Below are positions 31,123-40,529 of a stretch of DNA of 64,000 bases, piece by piece. The translations under genes and the position numbers were made by a program. Below the pieces are notes generated by a model. The model was not told where the DNA came from and searched no databases. It worked only from the letters and a program-made list of their open reading frames with translations. Source of the stretch: a bacterium (GTDB taxonomy: Bacteria; UBA8248); the NCBI GenBank assembly GCA_965202625.1, contig CBDBBI010000010.1:448001-512000 (forward strand), read 5' to 3'. How positions within the stretch are numbered: the first letter of the stretch is position 1; each line of letters begins with the position of its first letter.

Positions 31123-32235
31123 CTATTTGAAGCGCTTGATGAATTCTGCGCGCGTCGCCTTGAACTTCTTCTGCGCGCCCACCCAGTCCTTCAGACCCAG
31201 GAGCTTATGTTTGCTGAGATCGAGAAGATAGGGACGCACGACCGCCGGCGGCGTGTAATTCGCGCGGAAGCTGTAGATAGCTTCGCCTTCTACGTATACG
31301 TCGGTCCCTTCCTTGGTGAGGAGAAATTCCACTAGGAGTTTGCCGGCGTTGGGGTTCGGTGCGCCTTTCAGGACGGCCGCCTGGTTGCCCAGCATCACTT
31401 GGCCTTCTTTGTAATAGCCAATTTTGATGATTTTGGAGAGGCTGGGTTTCTTGATGACGTTCTGCCACACGCGACCGGAGAGGTTCCATGGGTCGAGACC
31501 GCGCTCGCAGTTGATGAGAGTCTGCATCTTCGCCTCTGTGCGGAACATGACGACGGGTTTGGTGGCCTTCAGGTCGTCCCAGTATTTGTTCATGTCCATG
31601 CCGTTTTCGATGAGCGAGAGCACGGTGTTGGTGTAGGTGAAGCTTTTGGTGATGTCGCCGGCGATAGTTTTGCCTGTCAGGTTCTTCTTGATGGCGTCCT
31701 TGTAGGAGGTGACGTTGACGTCCTTCATGCCCGGACAGGCGCTGTTCCACACCGGCTGAAAGGTGTAGGCCAAGGGTGTGACGACGTAGGGGTAGTTCGC
31801 GTACTGGCCGGCTTTCTTGATCGTCGCCGCGAAATGCTGGTTCCACTCCGCGCTGTCGAGCTGGTGGTATGCGTCGCGCTTTTGGGCGGCAGCGAAGAAG
31901 CCGGGCGCGCTCACGACGTGGACGTCGACGGTGAATTTGTTGGCCCGCATCTCCTGACGCACCTGAGAGACGGTGGCGCCGGTGCCTTTGCGCAGGTTGC
32001 GGAACTTAAAGTCGCTGCCGAGGCCATAATGCTTGGCGAACGCAGGGCCCATGCGCTTGGCCGTCCGGTCGCTGAAGAGGGGGTTGATGATCGTGACGGC
32101 CCCCTCTTTTTTCGCCGCGCGCACGAGCTCGGCCTGGTTTTTCATCATCGCATCGGATGCGGGTGTGCCCAAGGCGATGATGGCCAGTGCAAAGATGGCG
32201 GCGATGAAACCAAATTGACGGGTGAGGTGTTTCAT
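31123..32235 (-). CDS. ABC transporter substrate-binding protein (AfuA/FbpA-like)
   Basis: Signal peptide MKHLTRQ.., AAKKEG, APNPNAGKLLVEFLL; ATG after AGGAG. Confidence 0.9.
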   Translation of the reverse strand: MKHLTRQFGFIAAIFALAIIALGTPASDAMMKNQAELVRAAKKEGAVTIINPLFSDRTAKRMGPAFAKHYGLGSDFKFRNLRKGTGATVSQVRQEMRANKFTVDVHVVSAPGFFAAAQKRDAYHQLDSAEWNQHFAATIKKAGQYANYPYVVTPLAYTFQPVWNSACPGMKDVNVTSYKDAIKKNLTGKTIAGDITKSFTYTNTVLSLIENGMDMNKYWDDLKATKPVVMFRTEAKMQTLINCERGLDPWNLSGRVWQNVIKKPSLSKIIKIGYYKEGQVMLGNQAAVLKGAPNPNAGKLLVEFLLTKEGTDVYVEGEAIYSFRANYTPPAVVRPYLLDLSKHKLLGLKDWVGAQKKFKATRAEFIKRFK

Positions 32236-32709
32236 TGAAAATCTCCTTTCGATTACTTGATTAGGGTAGGGGCAAGCCCCCAGTGTAAAAGATTCGACCA
32301 TTTCCTCTTTTTCCGCAAGGATAGACGGGCAGGTGAGGCAAGCGATCCCCTTGTTGCTTGCCCTTCGCCGTTGCCAGAATATTTTGTCAGTGAAAATAAC
32401 AGATTTTTCATATCTGTCAATGCCCCTTTCCTTCAATCGGCAACTAGGCGGAGAGCGTCGAAGAACCCTTCTCTGCTTCTCTCGCCCGGCGCCCTGCACC
32501 TTGATTGCGCTTGGAGATTTCCTGCTATATACAAAGTGGTTGCGCGTCTCTTGAAAGTTCACGGCGAAATGTTCATAGAGATCGAGAGCAGTTCTTACAA
32601 AGTGACGGACGAGGCGGGAGGTTGTCGTTATAGGACACGGCTGGCGGATCGGCGCGTCTTTTCTCTTTGGCGATTCTTTCCCGGTCGAAATTATGAGCGA
32701 GGATTTTCC

Positions 32710-33549
32710 TTGAACGCGAAATCAGTCGGCTCGCCCCTCATTCAGACTTGCGAGCTGGAAGCCCCGTCGGGTTCGTTCATGACACACGTCACGGTGCTTC
32801 TCGTCGGGGATGGTCCCTATGTCCTCTTTGATGCGGGGTACCCCGAGCGCGTTCCTGAGACGCTCTCCTGGGTGGAGGCGCGGGCGGGGGATGACCTGGA
32901 GAAACTCGTGCTGACTCACCATCACTTCGACCATGCCGGCGGGGCGAAGGCGGTTTGCGAACGATTTGGCGTCAGTGCCTACGCGCATCCCCTGGAGATG
33001 AACTTTCTGGAGGAGGAACAGTCCGGTTTGGCGGTTTCTCCGCTGTGCGAAGGAAAAGTCATTGAATTGGGAGAGGTGCTCCTGGAGGTGCTCCTGACGC
33101 CGGGCCACTCTCCGGGACATCTCTCCTTCTGGTGGGAGGCGGAGAAAATCCTTCTAGGGGGAGACAATGTTCTTTTTCCTTCCACAACGGCCGTGGTCGC
33201 TCCAAAGGGAAACCTGGACGATTACCTCGAATCGTTGCGGAGGGTGAGGGGGCTCGCGCCCCGGTTCATCTACCCGGGCCACGGTCCGGTGATCGAGGAG
33301 CCGATTCGCAGGATTGACGCGCTCCTGGAGCACCGTAAAATGCGCGACGCGCAGTTTCTGGAGGCCCTGGGCGCCGGGCATGACACCCCCTCCAGAATTG
33401 CGGAGGTAGTTTATCAAGATTTGTCCGAGTCCCAGAAAAGCTTGGGTGCGCGGATGATAGCGTTGCACCTGGAGAGGTTCGTAGAAACTGGAGAAGTGGA
33501 GCGCGCGGGTGAGCGCTATTCGTTGACGCGACCCCTTCAGGGAGACTGA
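32710..33549 (+). CDS. MBL-fold metallo-hydrolase with C-terminal winged helix (LACTB2-like)
   Basis: THHHFDHAGG, TPGHSPGH, GD, PGHG. Confidence 0.9.
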   Translation: MNAKSVGSPLIQTCELEAPSGSFMTHVTVLLVGDGPYVLFDAGYPERVPETLSWVEARAGDDLEKLVLTHHHFDHAGGAKAVCERFGVSAYAHPLEMNFLEEEQSGLAVSPLCEGKVIELGEVLLEVLLTPGHSPGHLSFWWEAEKILLGGDNVLFPSTTAVVAPKGNLDDYLESLRRVRGLAPRFIYPGHGPVIEEPIRRIDALLEHRKMRDAQFLEALGAGHDTPSRIAEVVYQDLSESQKSLGARMIALHLERFVETGEVERAGERYSLTRPLQGD

Positions 33550-33555
33550 AACTCT

Positions 33556-34365
33556 TTGCTAACGAATTGCCACACGCTGATTCTGCGGACGCTGCTTGAG
33601 CGCCATCCCAAGGTGCCCCATTCTGAGAATGACGCCTACGTTTACAACGTGGCACCCGATTCTTTGCCCCTCTCGGGGGAGTTTAAGGCCAGGCAAACCC
33701 ACCGGTTCGCCCCACCGGCCGGAGTCATGCACCGATTCCCGAAACTTTTGTGGGTGAAATGCCACCTGGTAGTCGACAACATCTGCCATTATGGGGATAT
33801 CGCCAAAGCGGCGAGCGGACTGTCGCCCTCCCAAAAGGGGGGCTACGCTTACGCGAAGGGCGCCGCGCTCATCCCCTTGATACGCGAGTTCGCAGACGAA
33901 ATGGGCGTTTCGCTGGATGGGGCGAGTCTCCACTATCTCGCGCACGTTTTGGTGGAAATCGCTGTGGATTACGCCATCTATCGCGACGACCGTACGGTGG
34001 CGGAGCATCTTCGAGACGCCCAACTTTTCATGAGCACCGCGCAAAAGCGTGAATACGCGAGGAGCCTCGGTGCCTTCTATAGGTGCGCGCCGGAGAAAAT
34101 CGAGAGCGCGGGTGACGCGCCTCAAAAATTTTACGGTGACCTCCACAACATCGACAATCTTTTCGTGGATGGACGAACGAAAATCGTCTTAAGGAAGCTT
34201 GGTTTGCCCTTCAGCGCGGAGAACACAAGAAGAACGTGCCGCTTGATTGAGGAGGGAGCGCGGATGATAGGGGATTACATGAACTTCATCGACGACTCCG
34301 TGAAAGCCCTCTCGAACTGGAGGGTATGGGAGGGAGACGCCACCATCGCCGGCGAGGTTTTTTGA
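33556..34365 (+). CDS. Hypothetical protein, zinc-dependent phospholipase C-like motifs
   Basis: N-terminal H, APD, TH, HLVVDNICH, HVLVE..D pattern. Confidence 0.55.
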   Translation: MLTNCHTLILRTLLERHPKVPHSENDAYVYNVAPDSLPLSGEFKARQTHRFAPPAGVMHRFPKLLWVKCHLVVDNICHYGDIAKAASGLSPSQKGGYAYAKGAALIPLIREFADEMGVSLDGASLHYLAHVLVEIAVDYAIYRDDRTVAEHLRDAQLFMSTAQKREYARSLGAFYRCAPEKIESAGDAPQKFYGDLHNIDNLFVDGRTKIVLRKLGLPFSAENTRRTCRLIEEGARMIGDYMNFIDDSVKALSNWRVWEGDATIAGEVF

Positions 34366-34515
34366 CGGGTCTCCACGCGGTGGCTTTCCCTGGACAACGT
34401 TGCGCACGCGCGACCCCGCTCCACAAGTGCTTTGACGCTGGTTCGACCGCTCGGGAGGGTTGTTGCGCCGTTGCTCGAGCCAAGAGGCACTTGCGTCATG
34501 CTGAACAAACATTGT

Positions 34516-34539
34516 CCTTTATGCCATTTGGCATAAAGG
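34516..34539. repeat. Perfect 11-bp inverted repeat between convergent genes
   Basis: CCTTTATGCCA-tt-TGGCATAAAGG. Confidence 0.7.
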
Positions 34540-34655
34540 TGGACCTATCACAATGGCTTTGTTTTATATGATTATATGAAAGTTGAGGGAGGACTATATG
34601 AAAGTTGCACCAGAGGGATGAGGTCGGTCTTGGCCTTGGACGTGCGTTTCCTGCC

Positions 34656-34931
34656 CTACTGGTTCACGGCGTCCCTGAGATTGGCACCCGCCTTGAATCT
34701 CGGCACGTTGGCAGCTTTTACTTCAATCTCCTCGCCCGTTCTCGGATTGCGTCCCTTGCGGGCCGCTCGCGTAGAAGCGCTGAACGTGCCGAAACCCGTG
34801 AGCGTCACCTTCTCACCGTCCTTGAGAGCAGAGGTTATGATATCCACGAATGCGTTGAGGGCGTGCTCAGCGCTCGATTTGCTCAGGTTCGCCTGCGCCG
34901 CGATGGAGTCTATGAGTTCGCCTTTGTTCAT
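34656..34931 (-). CDS. hup: HU family DNA-binding protein
   Basis: MNKGELID, GFGTF, RKGRNPRTGEEI, PRFKAG. Confidence 0.97.
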   Translation of the reverse strand: MNKGELIDSIAAQANLSKSSAEHALNAFVDIITSALKDGEKVTLTGFGTFSASTRAARKGRNPRTGEEIEVKAANVPRFKAGANLRDAVNQ

Positions 34932-35145
34932 TTCCTGCTCTCCTTTTTATTGCTCTGTGTGCGGGCGTCGCACGCATGCTCAAATTATATAACTCCTGGA
35001 AATCGGACTCAAGATAAAACTCTGGTTAGGGGCGAAAATCAAACCCTAAGGGTGAGAAAATCAAATATGAAAATACATTATAGCCCTGGGGAAAATCCCG
35101 CGCAAGCGAAAAATAAGTCCCCTTTTTGTGTCGATCCGGGCTGAA

Positions 35146-36396
35146 TCACGGAACCGGAAATTTCCACAGCGCGTCTTTTTTTACCATCTGATCGTATGAA
35201 AAAAGGGCGACGCCATCCGCTCCCGCCTCTCGGGCGGCGCCCCATTCGCCCCAGATGCCTTCTGGGCGACGGATGAACAGGTAGGCACCCAGGCCAATAA
35301 CGATTTTCGGTGCGCGCGAGCGATTGCGAGCGGCCATTTTCGTGGCGACCACGCTTCGGCTGATTTGGGCCGCCAAGCGCGTGTCTCTCGTGTAGTTCAT
35401 CACGACGACCTTGTCCAGAAATCCGTTTTCGATCCAGCCCCGCCAGTCCTGAAACGCAGAGAGGTAGGCCCGTTCCGCCCAAGGGAGAACTGCTGCGGAA
35501 ATAATGGCTTGAGGGTTCAAATCTCTCACTGTCTCATAAACGTCGCGAACCGCCGCCGTTACCTGCGCGCGTCTCCACGCATCCCACGCATCTGGGTTGG
35601 CCTCTGCCGCGTCCGCGCCGGCGAGAGGTGCCTTTTTCCAGGTTTTTTTCTGAAAACGCGCGACGGAAATCTTATTGTAGCCAAAATCAAGGCGCGGGGA
35701 AAAGCGCGACCCTGGGGATATGGGAAGCGCGTAGGGATAGCGGATGAAGTCGAGATGGATTCCCGCCAGTCTCGGATATTTTCTGACCAATTCCGCCGCG
35801 ATGGCGACGAGGCGTCCGCGCACGCCCGGGTGGCCCGGATCTAGGAAAATTCCGGGCGTTCCCAACGCGAAACCTCTCGCCCATTCCGGCTTTCCGGAAA
35901 GGGGATATTCGAGGAGGGAGCGTCCATATTGATCCTTGAGCACAGCCTCCGCCCCGAGTTGACGGATGATGGGAGCGTCCTTATTTCTCGCCAGGGCGAA
36001 TGCGTTTATCCAGGCGTGTATCCTGATGGCGCGACCGTCTTTTCGGGAGGACAGCGCGAGCAGGAAAGTGAGTGGGTCTCGCCCCGCTCGCTTTGCGGGT
36101 GAATCATCCGCCAGACGCGTAGGGAACCACGCCTTTCCGGAGCGATAGACCTGCGCGTAAATGTCTGTGACGCCGGCTGCGCGTGCGCGCTTCACCAAAC
36201 CTTTTATTCTCTCGTTGCTGTCGAGGGTTCTGTTCTCGCCTTCCGCCTGCACCCACAGGCCGACCTCGAACCGGCTCCCTCCAAGGTAATTTTTGAGGGA
36301 GTTCTCAAAGGATAGCGCGCCCAAATGGGCGCACCCTGAAACGAGGATCGAGATGAGGACGCCGCACGACGCGCCCATGAGCTGGAGTGGCTTCAT
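35146..36396 (-). CDS. GHL10 (YddW/DigH-like) glycosyl hydrolase lipoprotein
   Basis: Lipobox LVSG-C, IHAWIN, GIHLDFIRYP, QDWRGW, MNY. Confidence 0.85.
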   Translation of the reverse strand: MKPLQLMGASCGVLISILVSGCAHLGALSFENSLKNYLGGSRFEVGLWVQAEGENRTLDSNERIKGLVKRARAAGVTDIYAQVYRSGKAWFPTRLADDSPAKRAGRDPLTFLLALSSRKDGRAIRIHAWINAFALARNKDAPIIRQLGAEAVLKDQYGRSLLEYPLSGKPEWARGFALGTPGIFLDPGHPGVRGRLVAIAAELVRKYPRLAGIHLDFIRYPYALPISPGSRFSPRLDFGYNKISVARFQKKTWKKAPLAGADAAEANPDAWDAWRRAQVTAAVRDVYETVRDLNPQAIISAAVLPWAERAYLSAFQDWRGWIENGFLDKVVVMNYTRDTRLAAQISRSVVATKMAARNRSRAPKIVIGLGAYLFIRRPEGIWGEWGAAREAGADGVALFSYDQMVKKDALWKFPVP

Positions 36397-36536
36397 CCGG
36401 TCTTTTCTGTGAGGGCGGGCGTTCGTAGCTTACGTTACGCAGGTTACAATGTGTCCCGAAACGTAGTCAATCAAAAATAAGCGCGATCGGAATAAAGGGA
36501 ACGAACGAGAGGCAAGCCCGGCCTTTCGCCAGCCCT

Positions 36537-37109
36537 TCATAGAAGTCCTTCGAGGGCAAGCGCTCTCCTCGCTGCCGAGGTGGCCTCGGCCAGCGCTTTA
36601 TCTTCCGCTTTGCACATGGGTTCGCCTCGAATTGCTCGATACCCCTCGATTATGTGCTGGGGGGAAATTTGCCCCTGGAGTGCTTCCCAGGCGCTCAGTG
36701 CCGCTCCCAAATGCGCCGCCACGGGCACTGCGGAATGCCTTGATGCGATGGCATCGATGTCCACGGACGCGAGGCGGACGTCGGGGGCTTTGATGGCGTT
36801 CGGAGTGTTGAGGACGAGGACGCCGCCGGATTTTTTCACAGCGTTTCCCATCGGGGGCACGACGGCGAGGCGCGGGTCGCAGACGATTTCAAGGTCATAG
36901 CTCCTCGGAATGGCGAGATCGGCGAGCGGGCTTTTTGAGACCTTCACCACCGCCCTGTCGGGAGAGCCGGCGGGGGAGGGAAACCCGGGAGTCCGCACCT
37001 GGGTGGAGAACCCCGCTCGGGTGGCCGCCTCGCCGAAGACGCGCGCGGCGAGCAGGAAAATGTCCCCGCCGTCGATCTCGCGTCTCCCATGAAAGCAAAC
37101 TACGCGCAT
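36537..37109 (-). CDS. Divergent 2-oxoacid:ferredoxin oxidoreductase gamma-subunit-like protein
   Basis: FHGR.., GSP..AVVKVS, DLEIVCDP, VLVLNT layout. Confidence 0.6.
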   Translation of the reverse strand: MRVVCFHGRREIDGGDIFLLAARVFGEAATRAGFSTQVRTPGFPSPAGSPDRAVVKVSKSPLADLAIPRSYDLEIVCDPRLAVVPPMGNAVKKSGGVLVLNTPNAIKAPDVRLASVDIDAIASRHSAVPVAAHLGAALSAWEALQGQISPQHIIEGYRAIRGEPMCKAEDKALAEATSAARRALALEGLL

Positions 37110-37388
37110 GAGGCGTTCTCGATCGTTGAGACAAACAAGAAAAAAACGCAGCATACTACACGTTAGCAAAATGCGGACTCCTTCTCCATTTCAAGTTGAC
37201 ATCGAAAACGGGGACTTACAATATGGGTTAAGGAGAATCTTCCGGCACTGGCGACGTCGCGTCCCATGGCGTGCGTGGTCAGCCGCGAAGACTTGTCTGG
37301 TTCTAGAGGGGCTGAAACTTTGCATAGCCTGCGCGTGGAGCGCCGATTCCGCCCGGCGCGTAGGAGCCTGAGCGATAGGGAGTGCGCT

Positions 37389-38783
37389 TTGAACAAGAAG
37401 TTCAGGATATTCACATACGGCTGCCAGATGAACCGCTACGACACGGAGACGATCACCGGCTACCTAGAGCGAGAAGGATATAGGGAAAGCGACTCGAACG
37501 AGGGGGCCGACCTGATTCTATTGAACACTTGCTCTATTCGAGACAAGGCGGAACAGAAGGTCTACAGTCAGCTCGGTCGGCTTGAGAAACTCAAGGCGTC
37601 GAACCCCGACCTAAAAATCGGCGTGTGCGGCTGTTTCGCCACGCGCGACGGGGAGGCGATAGCGAAGCGGCGCAAGTCGGTCGACCTCGTATTCGGCACT
37701 CAGAACATCGCCAAACTCCCGATCCTTCTGGAGGAGCTGGAGGAGGGGCGGGTGATGGATACCGCGTCCATCCCGCCGGATTTCACTGAACTCGCCCCGA
37801 TTGAGCGCGGCGGCGGGCTGAACGCTTTTGTGAGCATTGCGCGTGGGTGTGACAACTTTTGCTCCTTCTGCGTCGTGCCCTACACGCGGGGCCCCGAGTG
37901 GAGCAAGCCTAGTGCCCTTATTGTGGACGAGGTGGAGCGCGCGGTGGAGGAGGGGTTTCGGGAGGTCACCCTCCTCGGCCAGAACGTAAACTCCTACGGT
38001 CGAAAATCTCCAGGTGAGCTTTCCTTCGGCGGGTTGCTGAGACGCCTGAACGAGGTGGACGGGCTGGCGCGTATCCGCTTCATGACGTCGCATCCCAAGG
38101 ATTGCGACGAGGAAATGATCGACGCTATGGAAGGGTGCGAGAAGGTGTGCGAGCATCTCCACCTGCCGGTGCAATCCGGCGCGGACGCGGTTCTCAGGCG
38201 CATGGAGCGCGGATATACGGCACAAGAGTATCTGGAGAAAATCTCTCTATTCAAGGAACGTGTGAGAGACGGGGTGCTCACCTCGGACGTCATCATCGGT
38301 TTTCCGGGCGAGCGGGATGTTGATTTCCAGGAAACGCTCCGTATGCTGCGCGAGGTGCGCTATGATAATATTTACATGTTCAAATACTCCCCCCGTCCTG
38401 GGACGCCCGCCCTCGGGATGGAGGGGACGCTTCCCGAAGAAATGCTGTCCGAGCGCTTTGAGGAGGCCAGTCGGGTGCAGCGCGAGGTGACGGAGGATCA
38501 GCATGCGGCTCTCCTCGGTGGCCTTCAGGAGGTGATGGTTGAGCGGGCCGCGACGCCCAAGGGCACCCCCTCCGGATGCGCGGACTGCTTGGAGGCTGCG
38601 CGTGCGCCGGAGTCGAACTGGTTTGCGGGTCGCGGCAGAGGGAATCACAGGGTAGAATTCCTGGCGGAGGGTTTTACCCCTGCTCCCGGTGACCTAGTCG
38701 AAGTGAAAATCATGCGAAGTGGGGTTCACTCTTTGGCTGGCGTTTCGCCGCCAAGCGCCGTGGCGATGGAGGAATACGAATGA
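37389..38783 (+). CDS. miaB: tRNA-i6A37 methylthiotransferase
   Basis: TYGCQMN, NTCSIRDKAE, CDNFCSFCVVPYTRG, HLPVQSG, YSPRPGT, TRAM. Confidence 0.95.
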   Translation: MNKKFRIFTYGCQMNRYDTETITGYLEREGYRESDSNEGADLILLNTCSIRDKAEQKVYSQLGRLEKLKASNPDLKIGVCGCFATRDGEAIAKRRKSVDLVFGTQNIAKLPILLEELEEGRVMDTASIPPDFTELAPIERGGGLNAFVSIARGCDNFCSFCVVPYTRGPEWSKPSALIVDEVERAVEEGFREVTLLGQNVNSYGRKSPGELSFGGLLRRLNEVDGLARIRFMTSHPKDCDEEMIDAMEGCEKVCEHLHLPVQSGADAVLRRMERGYTAQEYLEKISLFKERVRDGVLTSDVIIGFPGERDVDFQETLRMLREVRYDNIYMFKYSPRPGTPALGMEGTLPEEMLSERFEEASRVQREVTEDQHAALLGGLQEVMVERAATPKGTPSGCADCLEAARAPESNWFAGRGRGNHRVEFLAEGFTPAPGDLVEVKIMRSGVHSLAGVSPPSAVAMEEYE

Positions 38784-39346
38784 TGGTCGAGATGGCAGTC
38801 AAGGGCCTCACGCTCGATCCGCACACCAACGTGCCGATTGTGATTCTGCGCGAGACCGAGGGCGAGCGTGCCCTCCCCATCTGGGTGGGCATTTTTGAGG
38901 CGCACGCCATCGCGCGCGAGATCGAGCACTTTGAGACGCCCCGTCCGATGACGCACGATTTGATCAAGAACATGATCAACGACCTCCATGGCCGGGTGGA
39001 GAAAATCCGGATCAACGATTTGAGGGATAACACCTTTTTCGCCGAAATCTATCTTTCCATGAACGGCTCGGAAATCGTTGTCGACTCGAGACCCTCGGAC
39101 GCCATCGCCGTGGCCCTTCGCATGGGCAGTCCGATATTCGTGGAGGAGAAGGTGCTTGAGGAGGCGAAGAGCATTGAATTCAATGAAGGGGAGGCGAAGG
39201 AGGGTGCCTCGGTCGACGGGGCGGATGAGGAGGGACAAACACCGCTCGCCGGTGCGGAGAGACCGGCGGAGGACGTGCCCGAGGATATCAAGGAGTGGCT
39301 CAAGGATTTGAAGCCGGGCGATTTTCTGAAAGAGGACAATAATTGA
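38780..39346 (+). CDS. Bifunctional nuclease (DUF151) family protein
   Basis: LPIWVG..EA, RPMTHDL, DSRPSDAIA. Confidence 0.93.
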   Translation: MMVEMAVKGLTLDPHTNVPIVILRETEGERALPIWVGIFEAHAIAREIEHFETPRPMTHDLIKNMINDLHGRVEKIRINDLRDNTFFAEIYLSMNGSEIVVDSRPSDAIAVALRMGSPIFVEEKVLEEAKSIEFNEGEAKEGASVDGADEEGQTPLAGAERPAEDVPEDIKEWLKDLKPGDFLKEDNN

Positions 39347-39380
39347 GGCGACTCCCGCCGGGCGTCGTCCCCACCGGAGT

Positions 39381-40037
39381 TTGATCGGCTTGCTTCTCTA
39401 TTTGTTGCGACACGGAGAGACGGACTGGAACGTCGAGCAGCGCATACAGGGCGTCTCCGACACCGCGCTCAACGAGGTGGGAGTCGCCCAAGCCGAGGCT
39501 CTCGCCTGCGCGTTGCGAGGGTGTTCGATTGCATGTGTCTATACGAGTCCGCTGAGGCGGGCAAGGCGCACCGCGGAGATCGTCGCCCGGGCTCTTGATG
39601 CCCCCCTTCTTGAGGAGGCAGGCATCGCTGAGTTGAACCAGGGTGAACTCGAGGGGGCGGCCTTTCGGCACCTGCATCAAACGCATCCTGAATTCATGGA
39701 AGTTTGGCAAAATCATCCCGCAGAGGCGCGTATGCCGGGCGGAGAAAGTCTGCCGGAGCTACAGGAGAGAGCCTGGGCCGCGATGGAATGCCTCCTAGAA
39801 GCGCACGAGAGTGAGGTCATCGCCGCGGTGAGCCACAATCTGGCGATCATCACGATTCTATGCAACATTCTGGGTGCGGAACTCAACGGATTCAGACGGT
39901 TGCGTCAGCATAACGCTGCAATGAACATCGTCGAGCACACCCCCCAGCGGGGCTGGAGTGTCGTGACAATGAATTCCTTGGCCCACCTTCAAGAAACGCC
40001 CGTCTCGGGACGGAATTCTTATCTGCCTTATCTTTGA
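39381..40037 (+). CDS. Histidine phosphatase family protein
   Basis: RHGETDWN, SPLRRA, GES, VSH. Confidence 0.92.
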   Translation: MIGLLLYLLRHGETDWNVEQRIQGVSDTALNEVGVAQAEALACALRGCSIACVYTSPLRRARRTAEIVARALDAPLLEEAGIAELNQGELEGAAFRHLHQTHPEFMEVWQNHPAEARMPGGESLPELQERAWAAMECLLEAHESEVIAAVSHNLAIITILCNILGAELNGFRRLRQHNAAMNIVEHTPQRGWSVVTMNSLAHLQETPVSGRNSYLPYL

Positions 40038-40049
40038 GAACGCGGGGGT

Positions 40050-40215
40050 TTAGTCGTAGTCCTTGCCTTCCTGGTCAGAGACGTTTCTGTAGTAGTCTTG
40101 AATGGCGTTGACAAGGCGGTCAAACTCGGTTTTGCGCTTTTCCTGCTTCGCCGCTGTGTAGCGATAGAACAGATAAGCGATAGAACAGATAGAAGACGAT
40201 GAAGCCCACCGTGAA
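40050..40215 (-). pseudogene. Possible gene remnant frameshifted by a 16-bp tandem duplication
   Basis: Removing one AGCGATAGAACAGATA copy gives FTVGFIVFYLFYRYTAAKQEKRKTEFDRLVNAIQDYYRNVSDQEGKDYD-stop. Confidence 0.45.
40160..40191. repeat. 16-bp perfect tandem duplication
   Basis: AGCGATAGAACAGATA x2. Confidence 0.9.
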
Positions 40216-40529
40216 CTCTGCGCGCGCTCGGTTTTTTCTCTTTGGCGTGAGCGAGAGGCGGGAACCGTTCGATACGCGCCCGTCAGGTGATCTCTGCGAA
40301 GAGCGTTTGCGTCGTGACGTCCGGACGCGGCAGTGGGGAAACATTACTGATTTGCCCATCAAAGCACTCCATGGACAAGATGTGTGGCAGGGGTGGAGAA
40401 CCCTATCCGCTGGGTGGCGGCCTGTCAACTAAACTAAACGGATGGACGTGAAATTGCGGCGAGGTGGCCGGCGCGTCTCCTCTTTTGAGCGGGCGCGCGC
40501 AGGATGAGGTCTGGTGAGGGGGCGTCGGA

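Noticed and set aside
32257-32709. Long N-terminal extensions given by the ORF track for the MBL and SBP genes
   Set aside because: They overlap the divergent promoter region; downstream starts fit family lengths better
34430-34460. GGTTCGA (and GTTCGAATC near 61345) as tRNA T-loops
   Set aside because: No cloverleaf, acceptor stem or CCA could be built
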